A stretch of DNA of 32,000 nt from Candidatus Nitrospira inopinata (GCF_001458695.1 NZ_LN885086.1:750001-782000); one strand, 5' to 3'; counted from the stretch's first letter, positions 10,026 through 18,382 are shown. Notes: generated by a model from the letters alone, not told the origin. Program-made: numbers and translations.

Positions 10026-10865
10026 TTATTCCGTCAGCCGCGCCCACTGGGCCGCAAGCGCCCGCGTAATCGGTCCCGGCCGACCGGTTCCGATGACGTT
10101 CCCGTCGATTTCCACGACTCCCAACACCTCGATCGTTGTGCCGGTCAAGAACACCTCGTCCGCGGCATACAAAAAATCGACGGGAAAGAACCGTTCTTCG
10201 ATCGAGATCCCCTCCTTCGCTGCCATCGTCAGTACCACCGTTCTGGTGACACCGGACAAGATTCGAGGTCCTTCGGGAGCCGTCACGATGCTCCCGGCCC
10301 GAACCGCCATGACATTGCTGACCGAACCTTCCGTCACCAGGCCGTCTTTGACCAGAATCGCCTCGAACACACCGGCTCTCTTGGCCTCTTCGCGAGCCAG
10401 CACGTTGCCGAGCAAATTGACGCTTTTGATGTCGCACCGCCCCCAGCGAAGATCTTCGACCGTCCGGGCGGTGACGCCGGCCTGTCGTACCGCCGAACCC
10501 AACGGATGCAGCTCCCGAACCGTCATCACGACGGTGGGGGAAAGATCGGACGGAAAGGCGTGGTCACGGGGAGCCACCCCTCTCGTGATCTGAACGTACA
10601 CTTTGGCCTCCCGATACCCAGCCAGCTTGACTCCTTCCCTTATCCATTCCACCCACCGTGCCCGTGAATAGGGCTGCGGAAGAGAAAGCGCTTGGGCGCT
10701 TCGATCGAGCCGATCGAGATGCGCGTCCAGCTCAAAAGGCTCGCCGCGATAGGTTCTGATGACTTCGTAGACTCCGTCGCCGAACTGAAACCCCCTGTCG
10801 TCGATAGAAACGGTGGCTTCAGCCCAGGGAACGAATCGCCCGTTGACGAACGCAATATCCGGCAT
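10026..10865 (-). CDS. class IV aminotransferase (branched-chain / D-amino-acid aminotransferase family)
   Basis: MPDIAFVNGRFVPWAEATVSIDDRGFQFGDGVYEVIRTY is the canonical fold-type IV N-terminus. Later segments CDIKSVNLLGNVLAREEAKRAG and EVFLTGTTIEV also fit. I prefer the ATG at 10865 over the track start at 10937, because it removes a 67-nt overlap with the upstream gene. Subfamily not resolvable by eye. Confidence 0.85.
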   Translation of the reverse strand: MPDIAFVNGRFVPWAEATVSIDDRGFQFGDGVYEVIRTYRGEPFELDAHLDRLDRSAQALSLPQPYSRARWVEWIREGVKLAGYREAKVYVQITRGVAPRDHAFPSDLSPTVVMTVRELHPLGSAVRQAGVTARTVEDLRWGRCDIKSVNLLGNVLAREEAKRAGVFEAILVKDGLVTEGSVSNVMAVRAGSIVTAPEGPRILSGVTRTVVLTMAAKEGISIEERFFPVDFLYAADEVFLTGTTIEVLGVVEIDGNVIGTGRPGPITRALAAQWARLTE

Positions 10866-10870
10866 ACGGA

Positions 10871-11218
10871 TCAGCGGCCTGATGGACTCGTCGCTTCGAT
10901 CTGAAACACCCGACGGTCCTCCGCGGTGAACTTCCACCCCATGCGTTTCTCGAACACGAGGCGGTGCGTCCCGGGCGTCACCGCCTTGAATTCAAAGATG
11001 CGCTGACCGTTCTCCACCGCGTTGTTGCTGGCGATGCGAAGAAACTCGTCACCCAGCAAGACCAGATGTTTCGAATCGTAAGACGGGACCCAGAGCTCTC
11101 CTCTGGTTCGATCTTCCCACAAGCGAATGACAAACGGATGACCGACCGTCGTCACCAGGGAACGGATGTCATGGGTATCTGCGGATGGAGGAATGGAGTC
11201 AGGCTTTGACGAAGTCAC
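10871..11218 (-). CDS. hypothetical small protein, possibly a divergent chagasin / I42-inhibitor-like beta-sandwich
   Basis: 115 aa with no signal peptide. The pattern GHPFVIRLWEDRTRGELW ... GQRIFEFKAVTPGTHRLVFEKRMGWKF resembles the I42 layout (G-x-F-x-I-x-L-x-x-NPTTGY-x-W ... F-x-F-x-A-x-x-x-G-x-x-x-L-x-F-x-Y-x-RPW). The canonical loop motifs are replaced. Family call is tentative. Confidence 0.55.
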   Translation of the reverse strand: MTSSKPDSIPPSADTHDIRSLVTTVGHPFVIRLWEDRTRGELWVPSYDSKHLVLLGDEFLRIASNNAVENGQRIFEFKAVTPGTHRLVFEKRMGWKFTAEDRRVFQIEATSPSGR

Positions 11219-11287
11219 GTATTCTGTGTTTCAGTCCTCTAAATGTTGCCAAAAGCAAGAGAAGGAATGGAACGTCACCGCTTCGTT

Positions 11288-11605
11288 TCAGATCTTGCGC
11301 CGAGGCCCCACCAAAATATCCGTTCCGTCCACGCGGGTTTCATAACTGCCGACACAGTAGCCTCCGCCATCCGTTCCTTGCCCGTTTCTGACATCGAACG
11401 CGAGGTCATGCCACGGGCAGGAGACCACAAACCCTTTCAACCTGCCCTCCACTAGCGGTCCACCTTCATGGGGGCAACTGTTGTGAATCGCATAATACTT
11501 GCCATTAATGTTAAACAGCGCAATGGGCCGCGCGTTGACCATGACCACCTTCGATTGCCCGGGGAGCAGTTCGTCGACACGCGCAACTTTCTGAAATCCC
11601 TCCAT
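11288..11605 (-). CDS. small Rieske [2Fe-2S] domain protein (NirD-like ferredoxin component)
   Basis: CPHEGGPL and CPWHDLAF give the CxH...CxxH Rieske ligands at typical spacing. The ATG at 11605 (MEGFQKVARV) is preceded by GGAGAGG. The 27-residue N-terminal extension in the track looks non-coding. Confidence 0.85.
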   Translation of the reverse strand: MEGFQKVARVDELLPGQSKVVMVNARPIALFNINGKYYAIHNSCPHEGGPLVEGRLKGFVVSCPWHDLAFDVRNGQGTDGGGYCVGSYETRVDGTDILVGPRRKI

Positions 11606-11710
11606 ACCTACCTCTCCGCATTGTTCCCTTCCCGTAGACATCAGACATCGCAACTTTACAGAATCCGCAGAATCCGACTCAGTCATTCGCGCGCCCCATG
11701 CCCGGCGCTA

Positions 11711-12217
11711 TCACATACGAAGCGAGTATTTAAGCTCGTCGTTCTGCGCTACCCCTGCTCTTTTGAGAAATCCGGACTCGGCCTGAATAACGTAACGGGC
11801 CGCGGCCGGAGGGGGGCCATAGAGAGGACAGGGGTCCTGCGAGCAAGGTTCGGCATGTTCCAGCATATACACAACGTGACGGCTCTCATCGACCCACAGA
11901 ATGTCCACGGGGAAACGATACTCTTTGGTCCGCACTCGATGAAGACCGTTTTCTTCAAAGATATAGAGCATCCCCCCGTTCGGAGGCAACTCGTCTCGGA
12001 ACGCCAGTCCGAACAGAAGCTTTTCCGGCGTATCCGCGACTTCGGCCTCCAACTCGACTCCGCTGGGGAATCGGACGACGATCACGCTCGATTCTTTTTT
12101 CTCCCCGATAAACACGGAGAGGCTCATCATGAGGACGGCAAGCAACACCATCATGACAATCCGGTTCTTCGATTGTCCTTGGCTGCCCGCTGAAGAAGCG
12201 CCCTTCGCTTGCGTCAT
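11711..12217 (-). CDS. DUF192 family protein with an N-terminal membrane anchor or signal
   Basis: 168 aa with hydrophobic IVMMVLLAVLMMSLSVFI. ELEAEVADTPEKLLFGLAFRDELPPNGGMLYIF...FPVDILWVDESRHVV fits the DUF192 pattern as I recall it. Confidence 0.7.
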   Translation of the reverse strand: MTQAKGASSAGSQGQSKNRIVMMVLLAVLMMSLSVFIGEKKESSVIVVRFPSGVELEAEVADTPEKLLFGLAFRDELPPNGGMLYIFEENGLHRVRTKEYRFPVDILWVDESRHVVYMLEHAEPCSQDPCPLYGPPPAAARYVIQAESGFLKRAGVAQNDELKYSLRM

Positions 12218-12307
12218 AGTGGCGTTCGTTCTTTTGCTCGCCTGCGCGTTGGGCCCAATGGCCTAAGGTCTTCAATGACCTAGGCCTTCTTCTCCCCCTT
12301 CACTCTG

Positions 12308-12337
12308 TTGACTTGGAAAAGAGTCGCGTCATAGAAT
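12308..12337 (+). promoter_or_regulatory. sigma70-type promoter for the ferredoxin gene
   Basis: TTGACT (12308-12313), an 18-nt spacer, then TAGAAT (12332-12337). It lies in the divergent intergenic region, about 120 nt upstream of the ATG at 12461. Confidence 0.5.
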
Positions 12338-12395
12338 GCGGCTCCATTTGCGCGGCTCCCGCAACATGTATCACTTATGGTTGGGTCGGCGCAAT

Positions 12396-12425
12396 GTTGT
12401 CAATATCGTGGTTGTCGATATCGTC
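12396..12425. repeat. two tandem 15-bp direct repeats in the ferredoxin 5' leader
   Basis: GTTGTCAATATCGTG (12396-12410) is directly followed by GTTGTCGATATCGTC (12411-12425); 13 of 15 positions are identical. The second copy carries the palindromic core CGATATCG. The repeats sit between the predicted promoter and the GAGGAGGAGG Shine-Dalgarno. Confidence 0.6.
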
Positions 12426-12460
12426 TTGCTGGCTTTTTGAGCGAGGAGGAGGCGCGGATC

Positions 12461-12808
12461 ATGGCACTGTTGATCACGGACGAATGCATTTCTTGCGGGG
12501 CATGCTTGCCGGAGTGCCCCAATGAAGCGATTTTTGAAACAAGAAGTGACGCCGAAAGCAAAGGCTATCACGTCGGTGACGGGCAGGGGGTTGGTGACAA
12601 TATCTACGTTATTACTCACGAGCGATGCACCGAATGCGTCGGTCATTTCGACGAGCCCCAGTGCGCCGCCGTCTGTCCGGTTGATAACTGTTGCATCTCC
12701 GACCCGGCCTATCCCGAAACGACAGAAGCTCTTCTTGAAAAGGCCAAGCAGTTGAATCCGGATAAGGCGATCGACCCGGCAAAAGTGTGGAGCGGAGTGA
12801 GGAACTGA
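12461..12808 (+). CDS. YfhL-type 2x[4Fe-4S] ferredoxin
   Basis: MALLITDECISCGACLPECPNEAI gives CxxCxxCxxxCP, and CTECVGHFDEPQCAAVCP gives CxxCx8CxxxCP. A strong GAGGAGGAGG Shine-Dalgarno lies upstream of the ATG at 12461. The track start at 12377 adds a non-protein-like extension. Confidence 0.85.
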   Translation: MALLITDECISCGACLPECPNEAIFETRSDAESKGYHVGDGQGVGDNIYVITHERCTECVGHFDEPQCAAVCPVDNCCISDPAYPETTEALLEKAKQLNPDKAIDPAKVWSGVRN

Positions 12809-12887
12809 TCGCGTTCTTCCTCCGGCGCTCGTCAGAGCATGCTGGAGGCCCCAACTTTCTGGATGGCGTTTTGACTGTTGGTTCTCC

Positions 12888-12926
12888 AAAAAAGCACGGC
12901 CTCAAGGAAGCTTCCTTGAGGCCGTG
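12888..12926 (-). terminator. Rho-independent terminator of the cupredoxin gene; the hairpin is shared with the convergent ferredoxin gene
   Basis: Perfect 32-nt palindrome CACGGCCTCAAGGAAGCTTCCTTGAGGCCGTG (12895-12926). On the minus strand it is followed by C then TTTTTT (A-run 12888-12893 on plus). There is no U-tract in the plus direction. Confidence 0.7.
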
Positions 12927-12990
12927 ATCAGCACCCCCAGCCAGGGCCTTTAGTAACCTCGCTGCGTCACTCGCAACTCCCGCCGAGACG

Positions 12991-13470
12991 TTATTTCAAC
13001 ATGAGCAATTTGCCGCCGACATGAGCTGGATGCAAATGGCAGCGATATTCCAGCACCGTCCCAGCCGCATAGAACAGATCGCTGGTCGGAACGCCGATAT
13101 ATTGAGTCTCCCCCGGTTTCAACACGAGCTTCGTATCCAACACCGTCGGCGTCGTGTGATCCGTCGCCGTGGCGGTGAGGTGGAATCCGTGCTCCGCCGT
13201 GGCCTTATTGGTGACCTTTAATAGAACGGGCGACCCCGGTCGAGTCTTAAAATCAATGACGGTCATCGGCGGATACCATGTTTTCATTTCTCCGATTTCA
13301 ATGGAGTAGAACGCGGCATCGACCGTCAATTCTTTGAAAGGTTGCCCGACGACCGATCCCGTCTCCAAACTGCCGACTTCAACGCCGCCGGCTTGAAGCG
13401 CGTACGCGGCCGACGTTCCGGCCACCACCATCCCCAGACCCACAAGGAGCACACTCGTCATCTTACCCAT
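12991..13470 (-). CDS. exported amicyanin/pseudoazurin-like cupredoxin
   Basis: Signal peptide MGKMTSVLLVGLGMVVAGTSAAYA. EHGFHL aligns with the PHNVHF ligand segment of amicyanin. C-terminal YRCHLHPAHVGGKLLMLK aligns with YHCTPHPFMRGKVVVE. GGGAGG Shine-Dalgarno lies 7 nt upstream. Confidence 0.8.
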   Translation of the reverse strand: MGKMTSVLLVGLGMVVAGTSAAYALQAGGVEVGSLETGSVVGQPFKELTVDAAFYSIEIGEMKTWYPPMTVIDFKTRPGSPVLLKVTNKATAEHGFHLTATATDHTTPTVLDTKLVLKPGETQYIGVPTSDLFYAAGTVLEYRCHLHPAHVGGKLLMLK

Positions 13471-13619
13471 TCCGTACCTCCCTCGCGAAATGCAGAAAAG
13501 TGATTAGGCCGGTGAAGCCTGCCTCAATAAGACGTTATGGAAGACCGATGGGTTCCCTGGATCATTGAGACCGGTCATGAAACCCATCATGTAGGTAGCG
13601 GATGCTAACCAGGGGAAAG

Positions 13620-13649
13620 TGTATAGCACAGTGGTTGAAAGGGAAGCAA
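13620..13649 (-). promoter_or_regulatory. candidate promoter for the cupredoxin gene
   Basis: Minus strand reads TTGCTT (13649-13644), an 18-nt spacer, then TATACA (13625-13620). The last three spacer bases, TGC, supply the extended -10 TG. This would give a leader of about 140 nt. Confidence 0.3.
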
Positions 13650-13799
13650 CCGGCCAAGGGGAGCAAGGAGTCAGCGTCAGCGGGCCATGTGATTGTTTCG
13701 CGAGGAGGAAGATCGGGATCAAACAAGGGACGTCCGTGTACGTTCAACAACATTCGTCAGATTGAACGCAGACGAAATCATCTCACCGCGCTCGAACAC

Positions 13800-14246
13800 T
13801 CAGCGGGCGTTTAATGTCTCCCGTGTTCCCGGCGTGCATTCTTCTCGTTTCCAGCTTTTCAGTACATGGTCTTCCGTGAAGGTCAAGAGATAGCGATAGC
13901 AGTATAAGGTCGGTTTCGGCTGCTCGGTCGGCCTGCCCACGAGAGATCCGACCGATTGGGAGGCTTCCACCAGGAAGGTTGGCGTCCAGGTCGCTAATTC
14001 CTGGTCGCTTAACGCGACCCGATAGGTCCAGAGACTATCGCCGCCCAGAGCCGGATTCTTCGCCGTGTGCGGAGGCCCCAGTCTGTCTCGGACATCATCC
14101 TGGGTCAATCGACCGACCCCTCGTTTGAAATAGCCGTCCCACGCGGGCCCGCTGCATGCGGCAAGGAGTCCGGCAAAGGCCACCAGCCCTAGCATGCGCA
14201 ACCGCGCTGGCCAATATGTGGACGAGCGGGAGGAAGAAGATATCAT
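13800..14246 (-). CDS. hypothetical lipoprotein
   Basis: LGLVAFAGLLAAC-SG is a lipobox. No recognisable catalytic motif. The start may be the ATG at 14246 or the one at 14195 (MLGLVAF...); neither has a clear Shine-Dalgarno. Confidence 0.65.
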   Translation of the reverse strand: MISSSSRSSTYWPARLRMLGLVAFAGLLAACSGPAWDGYFKRGVGRLTQDDVRDRLGPPHTAKNPALGGDSLWTYRVALSDQELATWTPTFLVEASQSVGSLVGRPTEQPKPTLYCYRYLLTFTEDHVLKSWKREECTPGTRETLNAR

Positions 14247-14365
14247 AAGAGACTTACGCTACACCGGTCCCCCCGGTCAATGCAACCGGGAGAGTAAGGA
14301 TTCCGATCCGTCTGGCCTTAAGTATTGGGCGAATGTTCCGATACGGCCACTGAGGGACTTTGAGT

Positions 14366-14983
14366 ATGCCGATTCTCGTCGCCATCAACGGCATCGTGCA
14401 AACCGCCCCCCCTAAACCGGCAGGTCCACGATATGCGCCGAGCCAGTTGGCCGAAGCCCGTGACCAGTCTGGCCGACATCCGTCTGCGTCGGACGATCAA
14501 GTGGCCTCAGCCGCACAACGAGCCTACCATCAACAGGCCCATCAAGGGTCGCAGCAGAGGCCGGCGGTCATCGCTCGTGATTTGATGACGTCGCCCGTCA
14601 TCACTCTGTCCTCCGACAGCACTCTGAACGACGCATGGACTGTGATGACGCGGAAAAGATTCCGGCATATTCCCATCACTTCACTGGACGGGACCCTCGT
14701 CGGAATGGTGTCCGAGCGTGACCTGCTGATTCACGCGCCCGAACTGATTGTCGGACTTCCACCACCCCAGGGTGAACGTCTGAAACTGGCCGAGATCATG
14801 ACCACGCGCGTCATCTCGGCAACCGTCGCAACGGATATCCGTGAGATCGCCCGCATCATGCTCGATGAGCGAATCCATGCCGTCCCTATTCTGGATGGAA
14901 ACCGCCATCCGATCGGGATCGTTTCATCGCAAGACCTCTTGCGAGGGATCGCCAACCACGGTCCCCTTGAGCTGTGGACTTGA
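14366..14983 (+). CDS. CBS-pair domain protein with a Gln/His-rich N-terminal extension
   Basis: Two CBS repeats: DLMTSPVITLSSDSTLNDAWTVMTRKRFRHIPIT...LVGMVSERDLL and EIMTTRVISATVATDIREIARIMLDERIHAVPILDGNRHPIGIVSSQDLL. The ATG at 14366 has GAGGGA about 10 nt upstream. A start at the internal ATG near 14588 cannot be excluded. Confidence 0.8.
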   Translation: MPILVAINGIVQTAPPKPAGPRYAPSQLAEARDQSGRHPSASDDQVASAAQRAYHQQAHQGSQQRPAVIARDLMTSPVITLSSDSTLNDAWTVMTRKRFRHIPITSLDGTLVGMVSERDLLIHAPELIVGLPPPQGERLKLAEIMTTRVISATVATDIREIARIMLDERIHAVPILDGNRHPIGIVSSQDLLRGIANHGPLELWT

Positions 14984-15058
14984 GTGCCACCGTTGCGGTT
15001 TGCGTATTTGACAACGTGCCGGATTGCCGGCATTTCCCTCTTTGCGGATGGCACGGCT

Positions 15059-15574
15059 TCAGCGCATGTTCTGCCAGTTTCGAAACGTCGCCGCCTGTCC
15101 AACGAGACGATCATGATCATCCAGCACGTTCCATAAGATCGCGTCCGTTACGAGAAACCGACGGCCCGTCGCGGATATTCTGACGCCACGATAGCCTTCC
15201 ACATACCCCCGCTCCTGCGCCACCGCCAATATCCGCCGCCGTTCTTCCTGATGAACGGGCTCCGCCGTCATGCGCGACGGGGTGTGGAGAAACCGATCCC
15301 AGTCCATTTCCCAGAGGCGTAACGCCGCTTGGTTCCCATAATTCAAAACGGGGTCCGGCTCAATGCCGTGCGACACCACGACAAAGGGCGCGTCAAACAA
15401 AGCCTTGGCATCGCCCTCCTTTGACCCGGATCGTGCGATCAGATCACGTCCCGTCCAACGCCGAAAACTGTCAAGCAGACGTTGTGACCACGCCAATACC
15501 GCCGGACTGGTCCAGATGGAAGTCATCTCGTTGTTCACCATCTCCCACAAGGTGAAACAGGGACAACCACTCAC
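15059..15574 (-). CDS. MEKHLA-domain (PAS-like) protein
   Basis: [13 protein letters not shown]...[48 protein letters not shown]...[33 protein letters not shown]...GQAATF matches my recollection of bacterial MEKHLA proteins. Start uncertain: GTG at 15574, ATG at 15541 or ATG at 15526. Confidence 0.6.
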   Translation of the reverse strand: MSGCPCFTLWEMVNNEMTSIWTSPAVLAWSQRLLDSFRRWTGRDLIARSGSKEGDAKALFDAPFVVVSHGIEPDPVLNYGNQAALRLWEMDWDRFLHTPSRMTAEPVHQEERRRILAVAQERGYVEGYRGVRISATGRRFLVTDAILWNVLDDHDRLVGQAATFRNWQNMR

Positions 15575-15677
15575 CTTTCGCAGTTAACACGGGGAGATCC
15601 GGCGATGCAAGCGCGCGTGGCGTACCTAGATATTTTCACCGGTATTTCCTCCCCTGGCACCCCGTGCATCCTCTCTG

Positions 15678-15683
15678 TATAAT
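15678..15683 (+). promoter_or_regulatory. candidate -10 element for leuCD
   Basis: Perfect TATAAT at 15678-15683, 44 nt upstream of the leuC ATG. The -35 region is poor (TGGCAC at 17-nt spacing). Its position inside the over-extended track ORF supports the ATG at 15727 as the real start. Confidence 0.35.
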
Positions 15684-15726
15684 GTCGCCTCCTGTGCGCG
15701 TTTCGACTGGAAGGCGGGAGGAAGGA

Positions 15727-17130
15727 ATGGCCGGAGCGACGTTATTCGACAAGATTTGGGACGCCCATGTAGTCCGAGCCGAGCCTGACGGCACCACACT
15801 GCTCTACATCGATCGGCAGCTCGTCCATGAAGTGACGTCCCCCCAGGCTTTCGAAGGATTAAAGCTGGCCGGCCGACGACCCCGGCGGCCTGCCGCCACG
15901 CTGGCGGTGCCGGACCATAACGTGCCGACCACCGATCGGACCCTGCCCATCGCCGACCCGATCAGCGCCAAACAGATTCACACGCTCGAAGAAAACTGCC
16001 GTGAGTTCGGCATCACCCTGTTCGGCATGAACGACGTGCGTCAGGGGATCGTCCACGTGATCGGTCCGGAGCAGGGCTTCACCTTGCCCGGCATGACCAT
16101 CGTGTGCGGCGATTCCCATACCTCGACCCACGGGGCGTTCGGCGCGCTGGCGTTCGGCATCGGCACCAGCGAGGTGGAACACGTCTTGGCCACCCAGTGC
16201 CTGATCCAAAAACGACCGAAAACGATGGAAATTCGTGTCGAGGGGGCCCTGTCCGAACATTGTTCCGCCAAAGATATCGTCCTGGCCATCATCGGAAAAA
16301 TCGGAACCGCCGGCGGGACGGGACACGTGATCGAATACACCGGCTCGGCCATCCGCGCCCTGAGCATGGAGGGCCGCATGACCCTGTGCAACATGTCGAT
16401 TGAGGGTGGCGCCAGGGCCGGCATGGTCGCTCCCGATGAGAAGACGATCGCCTATCTCAAGGGACGGCCCCTCGCCCCGCAAGGCGCGTTGTTCGATCAA
16501 GCGGTCAAGGCCTGGGAACGACTCAAGACGGACTCGGACGCCCGCTACGACGCCACGGTGGTCATGCGGGCGGAGGACATCGCCCCGCAGGTCAGTTGGG
16601 GAACGAGCCCCGGCATGGTCGTCGGCGTGGACGAAAAGGTGCCGGACCCTCACACGATCGCGGATGAGAACACGAGGCGCGCGACGGAACGGGCCCTGGA
16701 GTACATGGGGCTCACGCCCAACATGCCGGTGACGGACATCGCCATCGATCGGGTGTTTATCGGATCGTGCACCAACGCGCGGATCGAAGACCTGCGGCTT
16801 GCCGCGCGCTTTGCCAAGGGGAAAAAAGTCGCGACGACGGTGCGCGCGATGGTCGTTCCCGGCTCAGGCCTCGTCAAAGCGCAGGCGGAAGCGGAGGGGC
16901 TTGATCGGATCTTCCGCGAAGCGGGCTTTGAGTGGAGAGAAGCGGGCTGCAGCATGTGCTTGGCGATGAACGCCGACGTGCTTCAGCCGGGTGAACGGTG
17001 CGCATCCACCAGCAACAGAAATTTCGAAGGGCGCCAGGGCGCCGGCGGCCGAACCCATTTGGTCTCGCCCGCCATGGCGGTGGCCGCCGCCATTGAAGGG
17101 CATTTCGTGGACATCAGGCGGTGGGTGTAA
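15727..17130 (+). CDS. leuC: 3-isopropylmalate dehydratase large subunit
   Basis: [16 protein letters not shown]...[18 protein letters not shown], then the aconitase-family Fe-S Cys ligands ([19 protein letters not shown]). GGGAGGAAGGA Shine-Dalgarno lies before the ATG at 15727. Followed by leuD. Confidence 0.96.
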   Translation: MAGATLFDKIWDAHVVRAEPDGTTLLYIDRQLVHEVTSPQAFEGLKLAGRRPRRPAATLAVPDHNVPTTDRTLPIADPISAKQIHTLEENCREFGITLFGMNDVRQGIVHVIGPEQGFTLPGMTIVCGDSHTSTHGAFGALAFGIGTSEVEHVLATQCLIQKRPKTMEIRVEGALSEHCSAKDIVLAIIGKIGTAGGTGHVIEYTGSAIRALSMEGRMTLCNMSIEGGARAGMVAPDEKTIAYLKGRPLAPQGALFDQAVKAWERLKTDSDARYDATVVMRAEDIAPQVSWGTSPGMVVGVDEKVPDPHTIADENTRRATERALEYMGLTPNMPVTDIAIDRVFIGSCTNARIEDLRLAARFAKGKKVATTVRAMVVPGSGLVKAQAEAEGLDRIFREAGFEWREAGCSMCLAMNADVLQPGERCASTSNRNFEGRQGAGGRTHLVSPAMAVAAAIEGHFVDIRRWV

Positions 17131-17217
17131 GGGCCCGCCCGTGAGCAGCACACGGCCGGCTGAGCCGACGTAACCGACCACAACAAACCTCAACCCCAAC
17201 ACTCAAGGCTGGATACG

Positions 17218-17838
17218 ATGCAGGCATTCACACAATTAACCGGTCTCGTCGCTCCATTGGACCGGGTCAACGTGGACACGGATCAGATTATTCCCAAGCA
17301 GTTCCTCAAGACGATCAAGCGGACCGGCCTTCGCGAGGGACTCTTTTTTGATTGGCGGAGAAAGCCGGACGGGTCGCCCGATCCCCACTTTTTCCTCAAC
17401 CAAGCCCGCTACCAGGGGGCGACGATTTTGCTGACGCGCGACAACTTCGGCTGCGGATCGTCGAGAGAACATGCGCCGTGGGCACTCCTCGATCAAGGAT
17501 TCCGGTGCATCATCGCGCCAAGCTTCGCCGACATTTTCTATAACAACTGTTTCCAAAACGGCATCCTGCCGGTCATCCTGGACAATGAGGCGGTGTCGGC
17601 TCTGATGAAGGACGTTCTTGGCACAGAGGGATACCGGCTCACGGTGGATCTCGGCGCCCAGCAGGTCACAACGCCGAGCGGAACGGTCTATCGATTTGAG
17701 ATCGACCCGTTCAGGAAAGACTGTTTGTACCGGGGGCTGGATTCCATCGGTCTCACGCTCGAGCACGAAGGGGCGATCGCGGCCTATGAGCGTCGGCGAA
17801 AACAGGAAGCCCCCTGGTTATTTACCGATCTTTCATAA
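17218..17838 (+). CDS. leuD: 3-isopropylmalate dehydratase small subunit
   Basis: [31 protein letters not shown]...[15 protein letters not shown] is the canonical LeuD pattern. Confidence 0.96.
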   Translation: MQAFTQLTGLVAPLDRVNVDTDQIIPKQFLKTIKRTGLREGLFFDWRRKPDGSPDPHFFLNQARYQGATILLTRDNFGCGSSREHAPWALLDQGFRCIIAPSFADIFYNNCFQNGILPVILDNEAVSALMKDVLGTEGYRLTVDLGAQQVTTPSGTVYRFEIDPFRKDCLYRGLDSIGLTLEHEGAIAAYERRRKQEAPWLFTDLS

Positions 17839-17932
17839 CAACTAACAACCTTGCCTAGCAGCCTTCCCTGGCAACTGTGTGCCTAGCAGGTCTGAGAAGG
17901 GCCTGACGGCCCTGAACGGTCGTTGGCAGAGC

Positions 17933-18382
17933 TTACGGAGCGGGCGGGGTCTCGCCGAGCTTGGTGAGAGAGGTTCGTTTGCTGAGATGAAACGTGCCGC
18001 CTTTCTGCGCAGGGGCTGAATCTTCTCCAATCCGATCGTACCACCAGGTACCGTCACCTTCCGTGTAGTCGTCGGACAGCACGACCCTGAATCCTCCTTC
18101 CCGATCGTTTTCCTTCTGATACCACTTGCCGACCCACGTATGGCCGTTGAGTCGAAGGGTTTCGAGCCGTCCGTCCTTGTAGGGATACGTCCCGTTTCCT
18201 TTTTCATCAAGCCGGAGCATGACGACGGCGCCGTCTTCGTATTCCCATTCCCCGGCCAGCACGGACTTATCTTCGATCGTGGGTTTGCCCAGAATGGATA
18301 GGTGCACGGGCGGCTGGTTGACACATGCCGTCACCAGGAGAGCAACTGCAATAGCAACGACACCAACGCTCGGTTTCTTCAT
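17933..18382 (-). CDS. hypothetical lipoprotein
   Basis: MKKPSVGVVAIAVALLVTAC-V gives a signal plus lipobox, so I prefer the ATG at 18382 over the track start at 18418. The mature part is rich in W, Y, G, D and E with no recognisable family. Confidence 0.65.
   Translation of the reverse strand: MKKPSVGVVAIAVALLVTACVNQPPVHLSILGKPTIEDKSVLAGEWEYEDGAVVMLRLDEKGNGTYPYKDGRLETLRLNGHTWVGKWYQKENDREGGFRVVLSDDYTEGDGTWWYDRIGEDSAPAQKGGTFHLSKRTSLTKLGETPPAP

Noticed and set aside
12377-12460. N-terminal extensions offered by the ORF track. This one belongs to the ferredoxin gene. The same applies to rpsO (3864), the Rieske gene (11686), the class IV aminotransferase (10937), msrA (20321), pmbA (25081), the lipoprotein (18418) and rimP (10000).
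   Set aside because: In each case a downstream start has a Shine-Dalgarno motif, matches the family's usual N-terminus, and removes an overlap with a neighbouring gene, promoter or terminator.
13504-13893. Small ORFs of 60-72 aa on both strands in the cupredoxin / lipoprotein spacer.
   Set aside because: They have no Shine-Dalgarno motifs, mutually overlapping frames and non-protein-like composition. The region is better explained as a promoter plus a structured leader.
15655-15669. TGGCAC...TGCA resembling a sigma54 -24/-12 promoter upstream of leuC. A similar TGGCAA...TGCC lies at 17869-17883.
   Set aside because: The GG-to-GC spacing is 10 nt at the first site and 11 nt at the second, instead of the 12 nt required.
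15682-15726. In-frame ATG at 15682 and GTG at 15664 as leuC starts; also a possible leucine leader peptide upstream of leuC.
   Set aside because: Both codons overlap or precede the TATAAT box, and the extension is not LeuC-like. The only small upstream ORF (MQARVAYL) has no Leu run, so there is no attenuator evidence.
17898-17913. AGGGCC-TGAC-GGCCCT hairpin between the convergent leuD and lipoprotein genes, as a bidirectional terminator.
   Set aside because: The stem is only 6 bp and there is no U-tract in either direction.
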